A stretch of 64,000 nt of DNA from an uncultured Nitrososphaerota archaeon (GTDB lineage: Archaea; Thermoproteota; Nitrososphaeria; Nitrososphaerales; Nitrosopumilaceae), in NCBI GenBank assembly GCA_963701075.1, contig OY969559.1:448001-512000 (forward strand), read 5' to 3'. Positions 52,512-63,564 of the stretch are shown piece by piece. Position 1 is the stretch's first letter. Every line of letters begins with the position of its first letter. The position numbers were made by a program, and so were the translations under genes. The notes beneath the pieces were generated by a model. That model was not told where the DNA came from. It saw only the letters and a list, made by a program, of their open reading frames with translations, and ran no database searches.

Positions 52512-54165
52512 CATGATTCACAAAACAATTCTATTGATTGTGATATTTCTTGCAGGACAATTGATACTACCAATCTATGCCCAAAGTGCACCAGAGCAAG
52601 GCCCTCCGGGAAATTCCGCATATACACACGGTTTTAGTGATGTCAAGCTTCTTGACGCATACTTTGGATACCAGAACCAAAAGATAGAGGTCCAACCAGG
52701 GGACAAAAATGTTCCATTTACAATGGAATTTGCAAACGTAGGTGACGAAGATATTACTGGAATTGATGGACTCCTAGACCTGCCTGCACAATTTTCGCCA
52801 GCCACCTCAGCGGGAGGATTGATCACTGCAGACAATACCCAGACTGCACCAGCTGGCAGCTCGTTTGCACTCACATTCTACCTAAACGTGGACAAGTCAC
52901 TTATTGTACACGACTATTCTGGAACAGTCGAATTGACCTATTCAGTAGTCAGAGAAGTTGGGCTACGCCAAGTCTACTTTGACTTTAGCTTCAAGCTAAC
53001 AGGAAAAGGGCTCCTTAACATGAAAGCAGATGACTCATTCTTACAGCCAGCATCAAATAACCCAGTTACAGTTCAAGTCTCTAATACAGGTACTGCCAGT
53101 CTCAACGACGTAGACATTACGCTAAATCCGCAATTAAATGCCTCTGGTACAATGTCAAACTTGCAGAATGTTGTAATAGATCAACACCACTGGAATATAG
53201 GTAATGTACCTGCAGGGTCATCAAGTTCATACTCGTTTAACATATTTGTGACACAAGATCTGGCAGAGCAGACATTGCACTTGCCATTTGTAGTTACCTA
53301 CTTTGACGGTCAAGGAAATGAAATATCAGACACAAGAATTGTCGATCTTATTGTAGGGCCGGCAACTACTTCTATAATCAAGCTATCAACACCATCTTAT
53401 ATCCTGATGGGAGTCATGCAAAATCTTACTTTGGGATTGCAAAATACGTCACCGTCAAAAATTTCTGACATGTCAATTACCCTGGCATCGAACTCTTCAG
53501 ACTTTAAGATTTTACAGGACAACAAGTGGTTTATTCCGGAAATAAATCCATTGGAGAGCAACACTATACAAATTCCAGTCTTTGCAGATCAAAGCCTCCA
53601 AAGCGATGCCGTTAACTTTGTTGTGGATATGCAGTATACTAAGGACGGTGCTACCGTTATAGAAACGCAAAACTTTGCCACATATATCAGGCCGGTGATC
53701 GATATCTCAATTTTTGGCGTGCAAGCACAAGAAATTGCTGGCCAGCAAAATGTAATAGGAAATGTTCTCAATCAAGGAAACATTCTGGGTCAGTTTGGAC
53801 AAGTGACAGTAGATCCGCTTGAAAATTCCACCATAAAAGAATCGTATGAGTATATGGGCGACCTTGATACTGATGCCCCAACACCATTCAACGTACCAAT
53901 GGTATCCGCAACAGGGGAGCCACTATCAGGAGACCAAAAGGTTCTGGTTACGTTAACATACAAAGATACGCTCCTACAAACTCACACAATTACACAGGTA
54001 GACACTGTATCGTTTGGAGCGCCAGCACCACAATCCAACGGGGCCTTGTCGCAATTGCAGCCGGTAATTCTTGTTGCCATTGCAGCAGGAATTGGCGGAA
54101 TCATCTTTAAGATAAAGAGAAAACCCAAAATCCCCCTAGAGGAAAAGAAACAAGAAATAACCTAA
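52486..54165 (+). CDS. COG1361-like S-layer-domain protein with C-terminal TM anchor
   Basis: Signal peptide, repeated Ig-like N.G motifs, TM plus basic tail. Confidence 0.75.
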   Translation: MRENWRQDDMIHKTILLIVIFLAGQLILPIYAQSAPEQGPPGNSAYTHGFSDVKLLDAYFGYQNQKIEVQPGDKNVPFTMEFANVGDEDITGIDGLLDLPAQFSPATSAGGLITADNTQTAPAGSSFALTFYLNVDKSLIVHDYSGTVELTYSVVREVGLRQVYFDFSFKLTGKGLLNMKADDSFLQPASNNPVTVQVSNTGTASLNDVDITLNPQLNASGTMSNLQNVVIDQHHWNIGNVPAGSSSSYSFNIFVTQDLAEQTLHLPFVVTYFDGQGNEISDTRIVDLIVGPATTSIIKLSTPSYILMGVMQNLTLGLQNTSPSKISDMSITLASNSSDFKILQDNKWFIPEINPLESNTIQIPVFADQSLQSDAVNFVVDMQYTKDGATVIETQNFATYIRPVIDISIFGVQAQEIAGQQNVIGNVLNQGNILGQFGQVTVDPLENSTIKESYEYMGDLDTDAPTPFNVPMVSATGEPLSGDQKVLVTLTYKDTLLQTHTITQVDTVSFGAPAPQSNGALSQLQPVILVAIAAGIGGIIFKIKRKPKIPLEEKKQEIT

Positions 54166-54192
54166 AGTTATTATTTAGAGAATGTCCGTTTT

Positions 54193-54591
54193 TTGAGCAT
54201 GGCTTCGGATGAAATCGAAGTCCCAAAAGAAATTCGCCCTTTCATGCTGGAGGGTGCTGAGGAAACAAAGTTGGGCCAAAAAAATGGAGCCATAAGACAA
54301 TTTCGGTATGGCAATCTCCACATTAGAGAATATGAAGACAAGTATCTTGTCCATGTGGATAAGGTAGATCCTAGAGATGATCCGCTAGGCCATCTAATAC
54401 ATGATGCGCCAGAATTTTTAATCGGTATTGCGAGTGCTTATTGGGGCGGAAAAAAAGTAGCCTCCGAAGTCTATAAATTACAAAAGAACAAGCCTTTTGC
54501 AGAAATCACAGCTGGCATCACAGGACTGCTAACTTCTGTTGTAACAGGATACATGGGATATTCAATAGTAAAGAAACTAAAGGATTTCTAG
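54193..54591 (+). CDS. conserved hypothetical protein
   Basis: LHIREY...HVDKVDP..DPLGHLI.DAPE. Confidence 0.65.
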   Translation: MSMASDEIEVPKEIRPFMLEGAEETKLGQKNGAIRQFRYGNLHIREYEDKYLVHVDKVDPRDDPLGHLIHDAPEFLIGIASAYWGGKKVASEVYKLQKNKPFAEITAGITGLLTSVVTGYMGYSIVKKLKDF

Positions 54592-54661
54592 GAGGGAATC
54601 TGACATTTCAAAATCTCGAACACTTCGAACCTTCATCAAACTTTTTCCACTTGTCATATCT

Positions 54662-56155
54662 TTGCGAAAGGACAGAAGAGAATGGGTAAGAAGAGAGGGA
54701 AAAAATGTAGATCTGGAAAGATATCGAAAAAATGCCCGCAAAGCTCTCAAAACATTTGTCTCCCTCGGTCCTGTATATATCAAACTTGGACAATGGCTTT
54801 CATCAAGAGCTGACATACTTCCACAACCATACCTCGAAGAGCTTGCAAAGCTTCAGGATGAAGTGCCGGCAGCTCCATTTGAACAAGTAAAACCAATTAT
54901 AGAAAATGATCTAGGTCCAATTGAGAGAAACTTTGACTATATCGACAAAAATGCAATCTCTGGAGCATCGCTTGGCCAGGTATATCGTGCAAAAGTAAAA
55001 GGACAAGATGTTATTATCAAAGTAAAACGGCCTGGTATAGAAAAAGTAGTAGAAGAGGATATCAAGGTCCTCAAGAAAATCATTCCCTTTGCAATGAGAT
55101 TTGTCGACCCCAATCTACGCTATTCCGCAGAGGCAATGCTTTCACAATTCATAGAAACAATACATGAGGAGATGGATTATCAAATAGAATCACAAAATCT
55201 AAAGACAATTCGAAGAAATTTCAATAGTTATCCCAAAGTAATAATTCCTTCAGTCATGGAAGATTATTCAAGCAAAAATATACTCACCATGGACTATATT
55301 CCAGGAATAAAGATAACCAACGTAAAGGCACTAGACGAGGCTGGAATCGATAGGGAACAGCTAGTGGTACGTGCACATAAGGTCTTTTTTACCATGCTTT
55401 TACGCCATGAGATGTTTCATGCAGACCCACATCCTGGAAATATCTCGGTCACAAATGATGGCTCTCTGATATTGTATGATTTTGGAATGGTGGGAAGGCT
55501 TGACAGCAAAACCCGCCTAAAATTAATACGGCTGTATCTTGCACTTGTTGAAAAAGATCCCACAAGGACGGTGAGCGCCATGGATGATCTTGGAATGCTG
55601 ATGCCAGGATACGACAGGGGAATAATAGAGCAGGGAATTGGCATGTCCATCCAAGCAATGTATGGAACCAAAGTTGACAGGATGGAAGTCAAGGCACTAA
55701 TGGAGCTTGCAAATAAAACAATGAGCAGGTTTCCATTCAAACTTCCAAAGCACTTGGCACTTTACATGAGGATGGCGTCAATTCTTGAAGGGATATACCT
55801 TACACACAAGGTCAGTTTCAGATTCATCAATGTCTTGCAAAATATTTTGGAAGAAGAAAACATTGTAAAGGATGCTTATATCGAAGAGATCAAACTTGCG
55901 TTTAACAGATTTATAAAATCTATTGATTCTGCAATAGCAGTTGTTCCAGAGATCAGAAAGTTCTTGGAGGATACCAAAAGAATACGAGAAAATCCCCCAA
56001 AATCAAAAAATACATTGCTTGCAGGAAGCATCATGTCAGCAGCAATATTTATCGGCTCTACAATTCTCTATACGACAAACCATCTGGTAGGAGAAATAGG
56101 TATGATAGGTTCTGTGGTTATGATGGGAATCACTATTGCGATAAAGGAACGATAA
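54662..56155 (+). CDS. ABC1/UbiB-family atypical kinase
   Basis: GPVYIKLGQ, ASLGQVY, KVKRP, HADPHPGN, DFG. Confidence 0.93.
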   Translation: MRKDRREWVRREGKNVDLERYRKNARKALKTFVSLGPVYIKLGQWLSSRADILPQPYLEELAKLQDEVPAAPFEQVKPIIENDLGPIERNFDYIDKNAISGASLGQVYRAKVKGQDVIIKVKRPGIEKVVEEDIKVLKKIIPFAMRFVDPNLRYSAEAMLSQFIETIHEEMDYQIESQNLKTIRRNFNSYPKVIIPSVMEDYSSKNILTMDYIPGIKITNVKALDEAGIDREQLVVRAHKVFFTMLLRHEMFHADPHPGNISVTNDGSLILYDFGMVGRLDSKTRLKLIRLYLALVEKDPTRTVSAMDDLGMLMPGYDRGIIEQGIGMSIQAMYGTKVDRMEVKALMELANKTMSRFPFKLPKHLALYMRMASILEGIYLTHKVSFRFINVLQNILEEENIVKDAYIEEIKLAFNRFIKSIDSAIAVVPEIRKFLEDTKRIRENPPKSKNTLLAGSIMSAAIFIGSTILYTTNHLVGEIGMIGSVVMMGITIAIKER

Positions 56156-56539
56156 TTATTCTATCGTGATATTTTTTCCAGTCTTTATTGGAATTGTTAG
56201 TGTAAGTACACCATCATGATATTTTGCAGACGCACCAAGGTCTTCCTCGTCTTTTACCCTCATAGGTAATCTAATTTTTTTATCTACTGTATTGGGTCTC
56301 TGGCGCCATACTACTGTGCCATCGCCAACTGTCTCTCTTTTTGCATTTATGGATAGTATATGTCCATGAATTCGGAGCTTGATCTCTTTTTTATCAAATC
56401 CAGGCATGTCCATTGTCACAACAAGGCTGTCGTTTTGTATGACTATATCCACTGGAGGAAGGACAAACTCGTAGAACTCTCTTGACTTGTTTCCTATCTC
56501 TCTCATTACTTCTTTTACCATGTAATAGCCCAAGCCCAT
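56156..56539 (-). CDS. small heat-shock protein (Hsp20)
   Basis: PPVDI, DMPGF, AKYHDGVLTLTIP. Confidence 0.9.
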   Translation of the reverse strand: MGLGYYMVKEVMREIGNKSREFYEFVLPPVDIVIQNDSLVVTMDMPGFDKKEIKLRIHGHILSINAKRETVGDGTVVWRQRPNTVDKKIRLPMRVKDEEDLGASAKYHDGVLTLTIPIKTGKNITIE

Positions 56540-56620
56540 TTTGTTATTTTTAGCGCTTTTTGGTTATTAAATGTTAAGTCAAATTTACAATTTATCTACC
56601 GCCCCATTCAATAGGATTCC

Positions 56621-57199
56621 ATGATCATAGTTGTGGAAGGTTTTGACCAGGCAGGAAAGAAAACCCAATCAAAACTTTTGGCAAAGTTTCTGAAGACCAA
56701 AAATAGAAAATCAAAAATATTCAGCTTTCCAGATTATGCTACGCCTATTGGCAAAGAGATCAGGCGCTATCTTGGCGGAAAACGATCATTTCCTCCACAA
56801 GTGATTCATTGTCTTCTTGCTGCAAACAGGTGGGAGAAAGCAAAGGAAATCCAAGATGCGCTATCAGAAAATTATGTTGTAATCATGAATCGATATTACC
56901 AATCAAATCTGGTGTATGGAACAGTAAATGGTCTCGACATGAAATGGCTTGAAAATTTGGATAATGGACTACCAAAAGAAGATCTTGTAATTCTTCTTGA
57001 CGTAAATGTAACTGATTCGTTTTCTCGCAAAAAAGAAAGGCGGGACAAATTTGAAGAGAACATGGAGTTTGCCCAAAAGATTACCGAAACATACAGAAAG
57101 TTAGCAAAGCAATTTGGCTGGCATATTGTAAACGCATCTCGTCACAAGCAAGCAGTTCATCAGGAGATCAGGCAGATTGTTTTGAAACATGTCAAGTAA
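56621..57199 (+). CDS. tmk: thymidylate kinase
   Basis: EGFDQAGKKTQ, FP.Y, ANRWE, NRYYQS. Confidence 0.93.
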   Translation: MIIVVEGFDQAGKKTQSKLLAKFLKTKNRKSKIFSFPDYATPIGKEIRRYLGGKRSFPPQVIHCLLAANRWEKAKEIQDALSENYVVIMNRYYQSNLVYGTVNGLDMKWLENLDNGLPKEDLVILLDVNVTDSFSRKKERRDKFEENMEFAQKITETYRKLAKQFGWHIVNASRHKQAVHQEIRQIVLKHVK

Positions 57200-58445
57200 T
57201 ATGAAAAAAAAATATCTCCAGATTGTAGATCCAATACATGGATTCATCAATGTTTACAGGCATGAGATTGATGTTATCGACAACCCCGTCTTTCAGAGAC
57301 TTCGCAGGATAAGGCAACTTGCAGGTGCACATCTAGTTTACCCGGGAGCGCAGCACTCTAGATTTGAGCACTCACTTGGCACCATGCATATCGCAAGCCA
57401 GGCAGCATCAATACTGGAAGAAAAAGGCTACCTTACCCCTGACAACATGAAAAATCTCCGGCTGGCAGCACTCTTGCATGACATAGGTCACGGGCCATTC
57501 TCGCACCTATTTGAGGAAGTACTTCAAAAAAAGAAAAAAATTTCTCATGAAAAAATAGGCAAGAACCTCATCCTAAAGTCCGAAATTGGCGATCTCATAT
57601 CAAAAAATGGTTTTGACAAGACATTTCTCAGCAAGTTGGCATTTGGAAATTCAAAATATCAATTCATGAACGAGATCATCTCTGGAGGCCTGAGCGCTGA
57701 TATGATGGATTATCTCCTCCGTGACAGCTATTTTACAGGGGCAGAACATGCAAGAATCGACTTTAAGAGAATCATAAATTCATTTGATGTTTATGAAAGA
57801 AAGCTTTCCCTTAACAAGTCTGCCCTTCATTCATTTGAGTCAATGATGATTTCTAGATACCAGATGTTCAGGGCTGTCTATTTTCACAAGACTGTGAGAG
57901 CAGCAGAGGTAATGTTGCTTGAATCAATGCTGCTTGCAGACAGTGAGCTTGGACTTGCTACCGATGACTTGGAAAAATATGTACAATTCACTGATGAATT
58001 TATCATTTCAAAGCTAATTTCACTGCCAAAGACAAATTCCGAGCTTAAAAGAGCAAGCCAGCTGGCGCTAGACTATCAAGAGCGAAGGCTGCTAAAGTGT
58101 GTCTATGAAAAAATTTTCATGAAACCAAGAATGGGTAACGTCAACCCATCAGAACTTCAGCATGATATCGCAAGAAGAGCCAAGGTCAACGAGGCTGAAG
58201 TTTTTGTCGACATATCAAAGACACCGTCAATTCCGCTTACGCCTTCGAAAAAAGAGTCCCAGTCAATAATTCTTACATCAACTAGGGGAACAGGCCCAAA
58301 GGAAGCATACGAGCTCCCAATCTCCGAGATTCCATTGGTGTCAGCCATCTCAGGATTCATGGATATTTTACGAATCTATACAAGACAACAATTTAGAAAA
58401 AAGGTTGAAATGGCAGCACAAGTCATCCTTGGTGAAAACAGGTAA
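57189..58445 (+). CDS. HD-domain phosphohydrolase (dNTPase-like)
   Basis: [42 protein letters not shown]. Confidence 0.92.
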   Translation: MSSNMKKKYLQIVDPIHGFINVYRHEIDVIDNPVFQRLRRIRQLAGAHLVYPGAQHSRFEHSLGTMHIASQAASILEEKGYLTPDNMKNLRLAALLHDIGHGPFSHLFEEVLQKKKKISHEKIGKNLILKSEIGDLISKNGFDKTFLSKLAFGNSKYQFMNEIISGGLSADMMDYLLRDSYFTGAEHARIDFKRIINSFDVYERKLSLNKSALHSFESMMISRYQMFRAVYFHKTVRAAEVMLLESMLLADSELGLATDDLEKYVQFTDEFIISKLISLPKTNSELKRASQLALDYQERRLLKCVYEKIFMKPRMGNVNPSELQHDIARRAKVNEAEVFVDISKTPSIPLTPSKKESQSIILTSTRGTGPKEAYELPISEIPLVSAISGFMDILRIYTRQQFRKKVEMAAQVILGENR

Positions 58446-59146
58446 TGAAAACTAATCAACCAATAGAACGTCGGAAAAGAATTGTCATAAAACTATCAGG
58501 TAGCCTATTTGGCCTCGAAGACACAAAGACATTGAAGCAGTTTGCCGAGTTTTTTGTCAAGTCAAGCAAGATCTGCCAGCCAATCATAATTGCAGGCGGG
58601 GGCAAAATAGCACGACATTACATCTCACATGCAAGGTCATCAGGCGCAGACGAATCAACGCTTGACGAGCTAGGCATTGAGGTATCACGACTCAACGCAA
58701 GATTGCTAATTTTTGCACTACAAGAAAAGGCATATCCTCATCCTCCCACTAATTTGAAGGAAGTAGCCAATGCAGCAGACAGCGGCCTGATAGTAGTTAC
58801 GGGAGGACTGCATCCAGGACAGAGCACAAATGCCACTGCAGCACTAATTGCAGAAAAGGTAAGGGCAAGCACATTTCTTAATGCAACCGATGTGGATGGT
58901 GTCTATGATTCAGATCCACGCAAAAATCCGCATGCAAAAAAATTCAAAAAAATTCCACTAAAAAATCTCCGAAGCATGCTTGTGCACCAAGATTCTGTTG
59001 CAGGTGGATATGACTTGATGGATATAGTGGCCCTGAAGGTAATTGAGCGCTCCAAAATAAAAACAAGAATTCTCAAAGCTGATATCAAAACACTGGAAAA
59101 AGCCATCAAGGGAAGTCCAGAAGGTACCGAGATTACACTAGTTTAA
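58445..59146 (+). CDS. pyrH: UMP kinase
   Basis: [30 protein letters not shown]. Confidence 0.93.
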   Translation: MKTNQPIERRKRIVIKLSGSLFGLEDTKTLKQFAEFFVKSSKICQPIIIAGGGKIARHYISHARSSGADESTLDELGIEVSRLNARLLIFALQEKAYPHPPTNLKEVANAADSGLIVVTGGLHPGQSTNATAALIAEKVRASTFLNATDVDGVYDSDPRKNPHAKKFKKIPLKNLRSMLVHQDSVAGGYDLMDIVALKVIERSKIKTRILKADIKTLEKAIKGSPEGTEITLV

Positions 59147-59486
59147 CAGCACCAGCATATTCCGGAATTCCGGCAGTAACTGCTTTTTGCAAAATTTCTC
59201 TTGCCTGTTCTTCAGACAAGGCCTTTGACTGTGCCTTGGCATACCCTTCTTCGTCTACAATGATTGCAACCCAGCCCTCTGGTTTTTGGGCAATGCAAAC
59301 AAATTCTTTTTCTCCAACTGGGACAAATGTTCCCTGGGATTTTTTCACTGTAAGAGTAAGCATTGCAAAACCAGCATGTTCAAACAGAGTCATCTGAGAT
59401 TTTCTTGCTCTGTCCTGACCAATTCTTACTGCTTGGTGATATTGCACAAATTTAGATCCTGAAACTTTTACTATAAGGGTTTTCAA
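59133..59486 (-). CDS. hypothetical protein
   Basis: 117-aa ORF. Confidence 0.55.
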   Translation of the reverse strand: MKTLIVKVSGSKFVQYHQAVRIGQDRARKSQMTLFEHAGFAMLTLTVKKSQGTFVPVGEKEFVCIAQKPEGWVAIIVDEEGYAKAQSKALSEEQAREILQKAVTAGIPEYAGAVKLV

Positions 59487-59528
59487 CTCAAAGGTTTATT
59501 TGAAGACTGGATCGATTGGATATCATAT

Positions 59529-60090
59529 TTGGATGCAAAAATCTTACTTTATGTAGCAGTTGCAGCAGTCATTGTGGTTATTGCCGTATTTGCTGTTCTG
59601 CCGGGTTCAGGCATGATGAAAAATCTTGTACCGCAGGGCTCAAATGTTCCTCAGCTCACTTACAGCAGTCTCAGCTCAAATCAAACCTCTTTCTATAAGC
59701 TATAACGGAACATCGATTGTCTCAACTAGTGATAGAACCGCAACATTGCAAACCAACTTTTACGTTACAAATCCAAACACTACTACGGTAATTCTTGAAT
59801 ACATAACTTACACTATCTATGATGGTAGAACAGTGATTGGATATGGTCAGATAGGACAATCATATGACCAAAACTGGGAAGGTTCCAATTACTATCCTCT
59901 TGTAGCAGGAACCTCGTCAAATATGGGCAATAGCGCAGTCATTGAAAACACTGGAAACTATCCAAATATCTGGTCTGATCTAGAAAAAGGAACAGCAAAG
60001 ATTACTGTTTCAGGAACAGCCTATTATGCAATAAAAACCGCTTTCAGTGGCAGCGACTATACACAAGATTTCAACTTTACAAACTCCTAG
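59529..60090 (+). CDS. membrane-anchored LEA_2/WHy-like protein, apparent frameshift at 59652
   Basis: TM anchor LLYVAVAAVIVVIAVF, then F.VTNPN...I.Y motif. Confidence 0.65.
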
Positions 60091-60091
60091 C

Positions 60092-60670
60092 TTATTGTAA
60101 TGCAGGGTTGTATCTTGATCGCATGAATTTTACCAAGTAGACAAAGCCAAGAATTATCCATGTCAGTATCATTAGTCCCCAAACAAACACAACAAGCTGC
60201 TCTACGCTGAGGTCATACTGCCCCATGATTGTGGTAACCTGCGATGGTAGTATCGTCTTTAGCTGGTATAGCGGAAAGAGATACATGTTGATATTTTGAT
60301 TACTGCCAAGTGTGCTATACCCAAGTAGTCGTGCTACTGCATGCCAGCCAAAGAAGAATGTAACAAAAAAGAAAACAGCCTTTCTGCCAATTGCCTTTTT
60401 GTATCCTCGCTTTTCATATCTTTCAAGTCTTTGTTTTACTCGTGTAAGTTCTGTTTTTAGTTCTTCAACAGACTGTTGGCGTACAACTTTTCTTTTAGAT
60501 GGTTCTATGTACATAGAGATCAATGATTCAAGGTATTTTCTGTCAGAGATGTACAACGGCCTGTCTTCTTGAAGCATATTGAGAATGTAGGTCAATCTAC
60601 CATTGTCTCCTTTCTTTGCATCAATCAAGTGCAATACATGTTCAATTAACTCATCGTCCATCGTAATCAC
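60092..60670 (-). CDS. membrane protein
   Basis: GDNGRL.YI motif, coiled coil, two TM helices. Confidence 0.6.
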   Translation of the reverse strand: MITMDDELIEHVLHLIDAKKGDNGRLTYILNMLQEDRPLYISDRKYLESLISMYIEPSKRKVVRQQSVEELKTELTRVKQRLERYEKRGYKKAIGRKAVFFFVTFFFGWHAVARLLGYSTLGSNQNINMYLFPLYQLKTILPSQVTTIMGQYDLSVEQLVVFVWGLMILTWIILGFVYLVKFMRSRYNPALQ

Positions 60671-60768
60671 CTATGCCTCAATACAAATTAAATCGCCATG
60701 TTCAGTTTTAGATAACCTTATCAACATTATCAAGCTCCTTTGGAAAAGGATTTTGATTATTCGTGAGA

Positions 60769-61449
60769 CTAGCCTACTTTCTTTAGGAAGTTCATGATGG
60801 GTTCCTTGTCCGTGTCTGACAATGATGAGAATCCCTCCAATAGCTCGCGTTGAACACTCAATGTTTCATCCAGCGCCTTCTTTACACTATCGCTATCAAA
60901 CGGAATCAGTCGATCTATCTTCCCCTCGCTGTATGACTCGATGTATCTTCTTAGCAGCAAGGAAACAAAATTTGGAGCAATATCAAGCAATGTAAGAACT
61001 GACTTTTTTAGATCCTTGTCTTTTGAATTGGAATTTTTTTCAAAAAATTCATTGATAATTCCCAGTCGTTCTGCTCCTGTCTCTGACAAAGATGCAGCAA
61101 CCAACAAACCTCCTTCCGTTAATTTGTAATATGGTACTCCTTGTTCTTGAAGCGCCTTGGGTCCTCGTTTTATCGGAAGCCTGCCGGACTCTTCAACAAT
61201 GCCTAATGGTAAAAGGATCTCATCCAGATCCCTGAAGATCCCAGAATAAATATTCTGCCAGGTGGTTCCATTTCTTTCTGCAAGTTTATGTGCTATGGCA
61301 GTTCTGGTTTTTTTTGTTGGCAGAGTCTCCGCTGCAAGATGCATGATTATTCCACGTTGACGCATGGCTTCACCTGTAAACTCTTTATTTTTTGTCTTGA
61401 ATGTCTGATAAACAGATAACCTTGGAGCGGCCGTCCCTGACTTTGTCAT
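60769..61449 (-). CDS. conserved thaumarchaeal wHTH protein
   Basis: RTAIAHKLA...YSGIFRDL...YYKLTEGG. Confidence 0.65.
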   Translation of the reverse strand: MTKSGTAAPRLSVYQTFKTKNKEFTGEAMRQRGIIMHLAAETLPTKKTRTAIAHKLAERNGTTWQNIYSGIFRDLDEILLPLGIVEESGRLPIKRGPKALQEQGVPYYKLTEGGLLVAASLSETGAERLGIINEFFEKNSNSKDKDLKKSVLTLLDIAPNFVSLLLRRYIESYSEGKIDRLIPFDSDSVKKALDETLSVQRELLEGFSSLSDTDKEPIMNFLKKVG

Positions 61450-61741
61450 TTGCTAATCAATTTCCATTAATTTTGTATGACGTATTAAATTTGGAATTAA
61501 TATATTTGTGATTTAAGATTCTCATTTTGTGATAATATCATACTTTACATAGATATAAGAATTTACGATTTTGAAAGAATTGTAACAAATTATGACTTTT
61601 CCAGTTATAATACATAATTTGACAGCATAGAAATTTCAAGAAATATGATAAATTTTCCAGATGGTTTCACTGTTCTGCCAGTATCAGCTGATACAAGATG
61701 GCAATGAAATGAATTTACATTGGATAGTGTAGAGAATTTAC

Positions 61742-62518
61742 ATGTTAAAGTCTCCAGAAGAACTTGTAAAAATGATACAAAAACCCAACTTGATTATAGT
61801 TGACTGTAGATCTTACAAGGAATATTCCGAAGGGCATATTCCTGGTGCAGTTAATGTTGATCTATTCTACTATCACTGGCTTGACACAACACAGGACGGC
61901 GTAAAGTCATTTGAGAAACAGATGAAAAATCTATTTTCATTCATGGGTGTAACAAAGCAAAAGACTGTAGTGTTTTATGATGATGTTGCAGGCATGAGTG
62001 CAGCCCGGGGTGTCTGGCTCTTGATGTATTTTTCACATCCCCATGTATTCATGCTAAATGGCGGATTTAAGAAATGGCAGAGTCTTAGTTTGCCTATTGA
62101 AACCAAGACCAATGGCTTTAGACCAGCCAAGTTCTCTGGCAAAACTAACAAGAAAATTCTAGCGGGTTTTGAATACATCAAGAAGAATCTTGGCAAGGCA
62201 AAACTAATTGATGCAAGAACAAAAGAAGAATACGAAGGCAAAGTCATACGTGCAGCAAGAAAGGGCCACATACCAAATTCCGTTAGCACTGATTGGACAT
62301 TGAACATCAACAAAGATGGTACCATGAAATCGCTAGAAGAACTTGCAAAGTTATACCAATTCTCAAAAAATGACGAGATCATAACTTATTGTCAAGGAGG
62401 CTATAGGGCAGCAAACTCATTTGTGGCACTAAAAATGCTCGGCTTCAAAAATGTAAAGGTGTATCTTGGCTCTTGGGGAGAATGGGGAAACAGGTTAGAT
62501 CTTCCTGTTGAAGATTAG
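61742..62518 (+). CDS. tandem rhodanese sulfurtransferase
   Basis: GHIPGAV, LNGG, DAR...GHIP, YCQGGYRA, Y.GSWGEW. Confidence 0.93.
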   Translation: MLKSPEELVKMIQKPNLIIVDCRSYKEYSEGHIPGAVNVDLFYYHWLDTTQDGVKSFEKQMKNLFSFMGVTKQKTVVFYDDVAGMSAARGVWLLMYFSHPHVFMLNGGFKKWQSLSLPIETKTNGFRPAKFSGKTNKKILAGFEYIKKNLGKAKLIDARTKEEYEGKVIRAARKGHIPNSVSTDWTLNINKDGTMKSLEELAKLYQFSKNDEIITYCQGGYRAANSFVALKMLGFKNVKVYLGSWGEWGNRLDLPVED

Positions 62519-62651
62519 CTGATTCTAGATATTACAATATAGCAAATACAATGTACGATGATCGCACTAGAGATTTCCTATTTTTTGAAAAAATAAAGTG
62601 TGGCTTTATAAGAATTAGATTAATATATACACAGCAAATGAGCCATAACTG

Positions 62652-62996
62652 ATGGTGCTGAACAAGCGTTCCAAATTATCGCTTATTATCATAATAGCTG
62701 GGCTGACAATCGGATTGTCGACCTTCTTTACAACTCATTCTGCATTTGCTCAGACTGCAACTACAACAAGCAGTGGTTTGACTAAACCATTACTTGCTAT
62801 TGCTGCAGCTATTGCAATTGCAGGTGGTTTGATAGGTACAGGTAATGCACAACAAGGTATCGGTGCTGCCGGCATGGGTATCATTGCAGAAAAACCAGAG
62901 AAGTTTGGTCAGGTACTATTCTTCTTCGTCATTCCAGAAACGTTATGGATCATCGGATTCGTATTGGGAATAATATTACTGCTAGGTATCCTTTAG
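62652..62996 (+). CDS. atpK: A/V-type ATPase subunit K (c), with N-terminal signal-like extension
   Basis: AQQGIGAAGMGIIAEKPEKFGQVLFFFVIPETLWIIGF. Confidence 0.9.
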   Translation: MVLNKRSKLSLIIIIAGLTIGLSTFFTTHSAFAQTATTTSSGLTKPLLAIAAAIAIAGGLIGTGNAQQGIGAAGMGIIAEKPEKFGQVLFFFVIPETLWIIGFVLGIILLLGIL

Positions 62997-63009
62997 TGGT
63001 TTCAGTAAA

Positions 63010-63564
63010 ATGAGCATAGAGACTTTCCTCCTTGAGATAGAGAATAGAAAGAAAAAGGAGATTGGTAGTCTCGATAAGGATCTAGTAGAAAAAAAATCTA
63101 AACTTCAAACAGAATTGAATATCACTGTTAAAGAGATTCAAGAAAAGTTTGCAAATGAAGCCAAGGTCAAATCAGAAAGAGAATATGCTAGGATAATTGA
63201 GGCAGGAAAACTCCACGCAAAAAAGATCATGTTTGATGCCATCAATGCTAACATGCAATCAGCATTTGATGTGATCAGAAAAGAAATTGAAAATTATGCC
63301 AAGAGCCCTCAATACAAAAAAGCTCTTGAAACTATGGTGAACAGCTCAAAGAAAAAACTTGGACAAAATATTGTTGTTCACTGCCGCGATGAGGACAAAC
63401 CCATGTTGAAGGACATGGCTGTGACAGTAGGCAAGTCCATTAAGACTCTAGGTGGCATAGTTGCAGAAAACAAGGAAGGAACAAAAGAGCTTGACCTTAC
63501 TTTTGAAGAATTGCTGCGAACCAATGAAGACCAGATCAAAAGTTTCCTTTCGGAGAGAATGTAA
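63010..63564 (+). CDS. atpE: A/V-type ATPase subunit E
   Basis: Coiled coil then LGGIVA...LDLTFEELL; operon position. Confidence 0.85.
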   Translation: MSIETFLLEIENRKKKEIGSLDKDLVEKKSKLQTELNITVKEIQEKFANEAKVKSEREYARIIEAGKLHAKKIMFDAINANMQSAFDVIRKEIENYAKSPQYKKALETMVNSSKKKLGQNIVVHCRDEDKPMLKDMAVTVGKSIKTLGGIVAENKEGTKELDLTFEELLRTNEDQIKSFLSERM

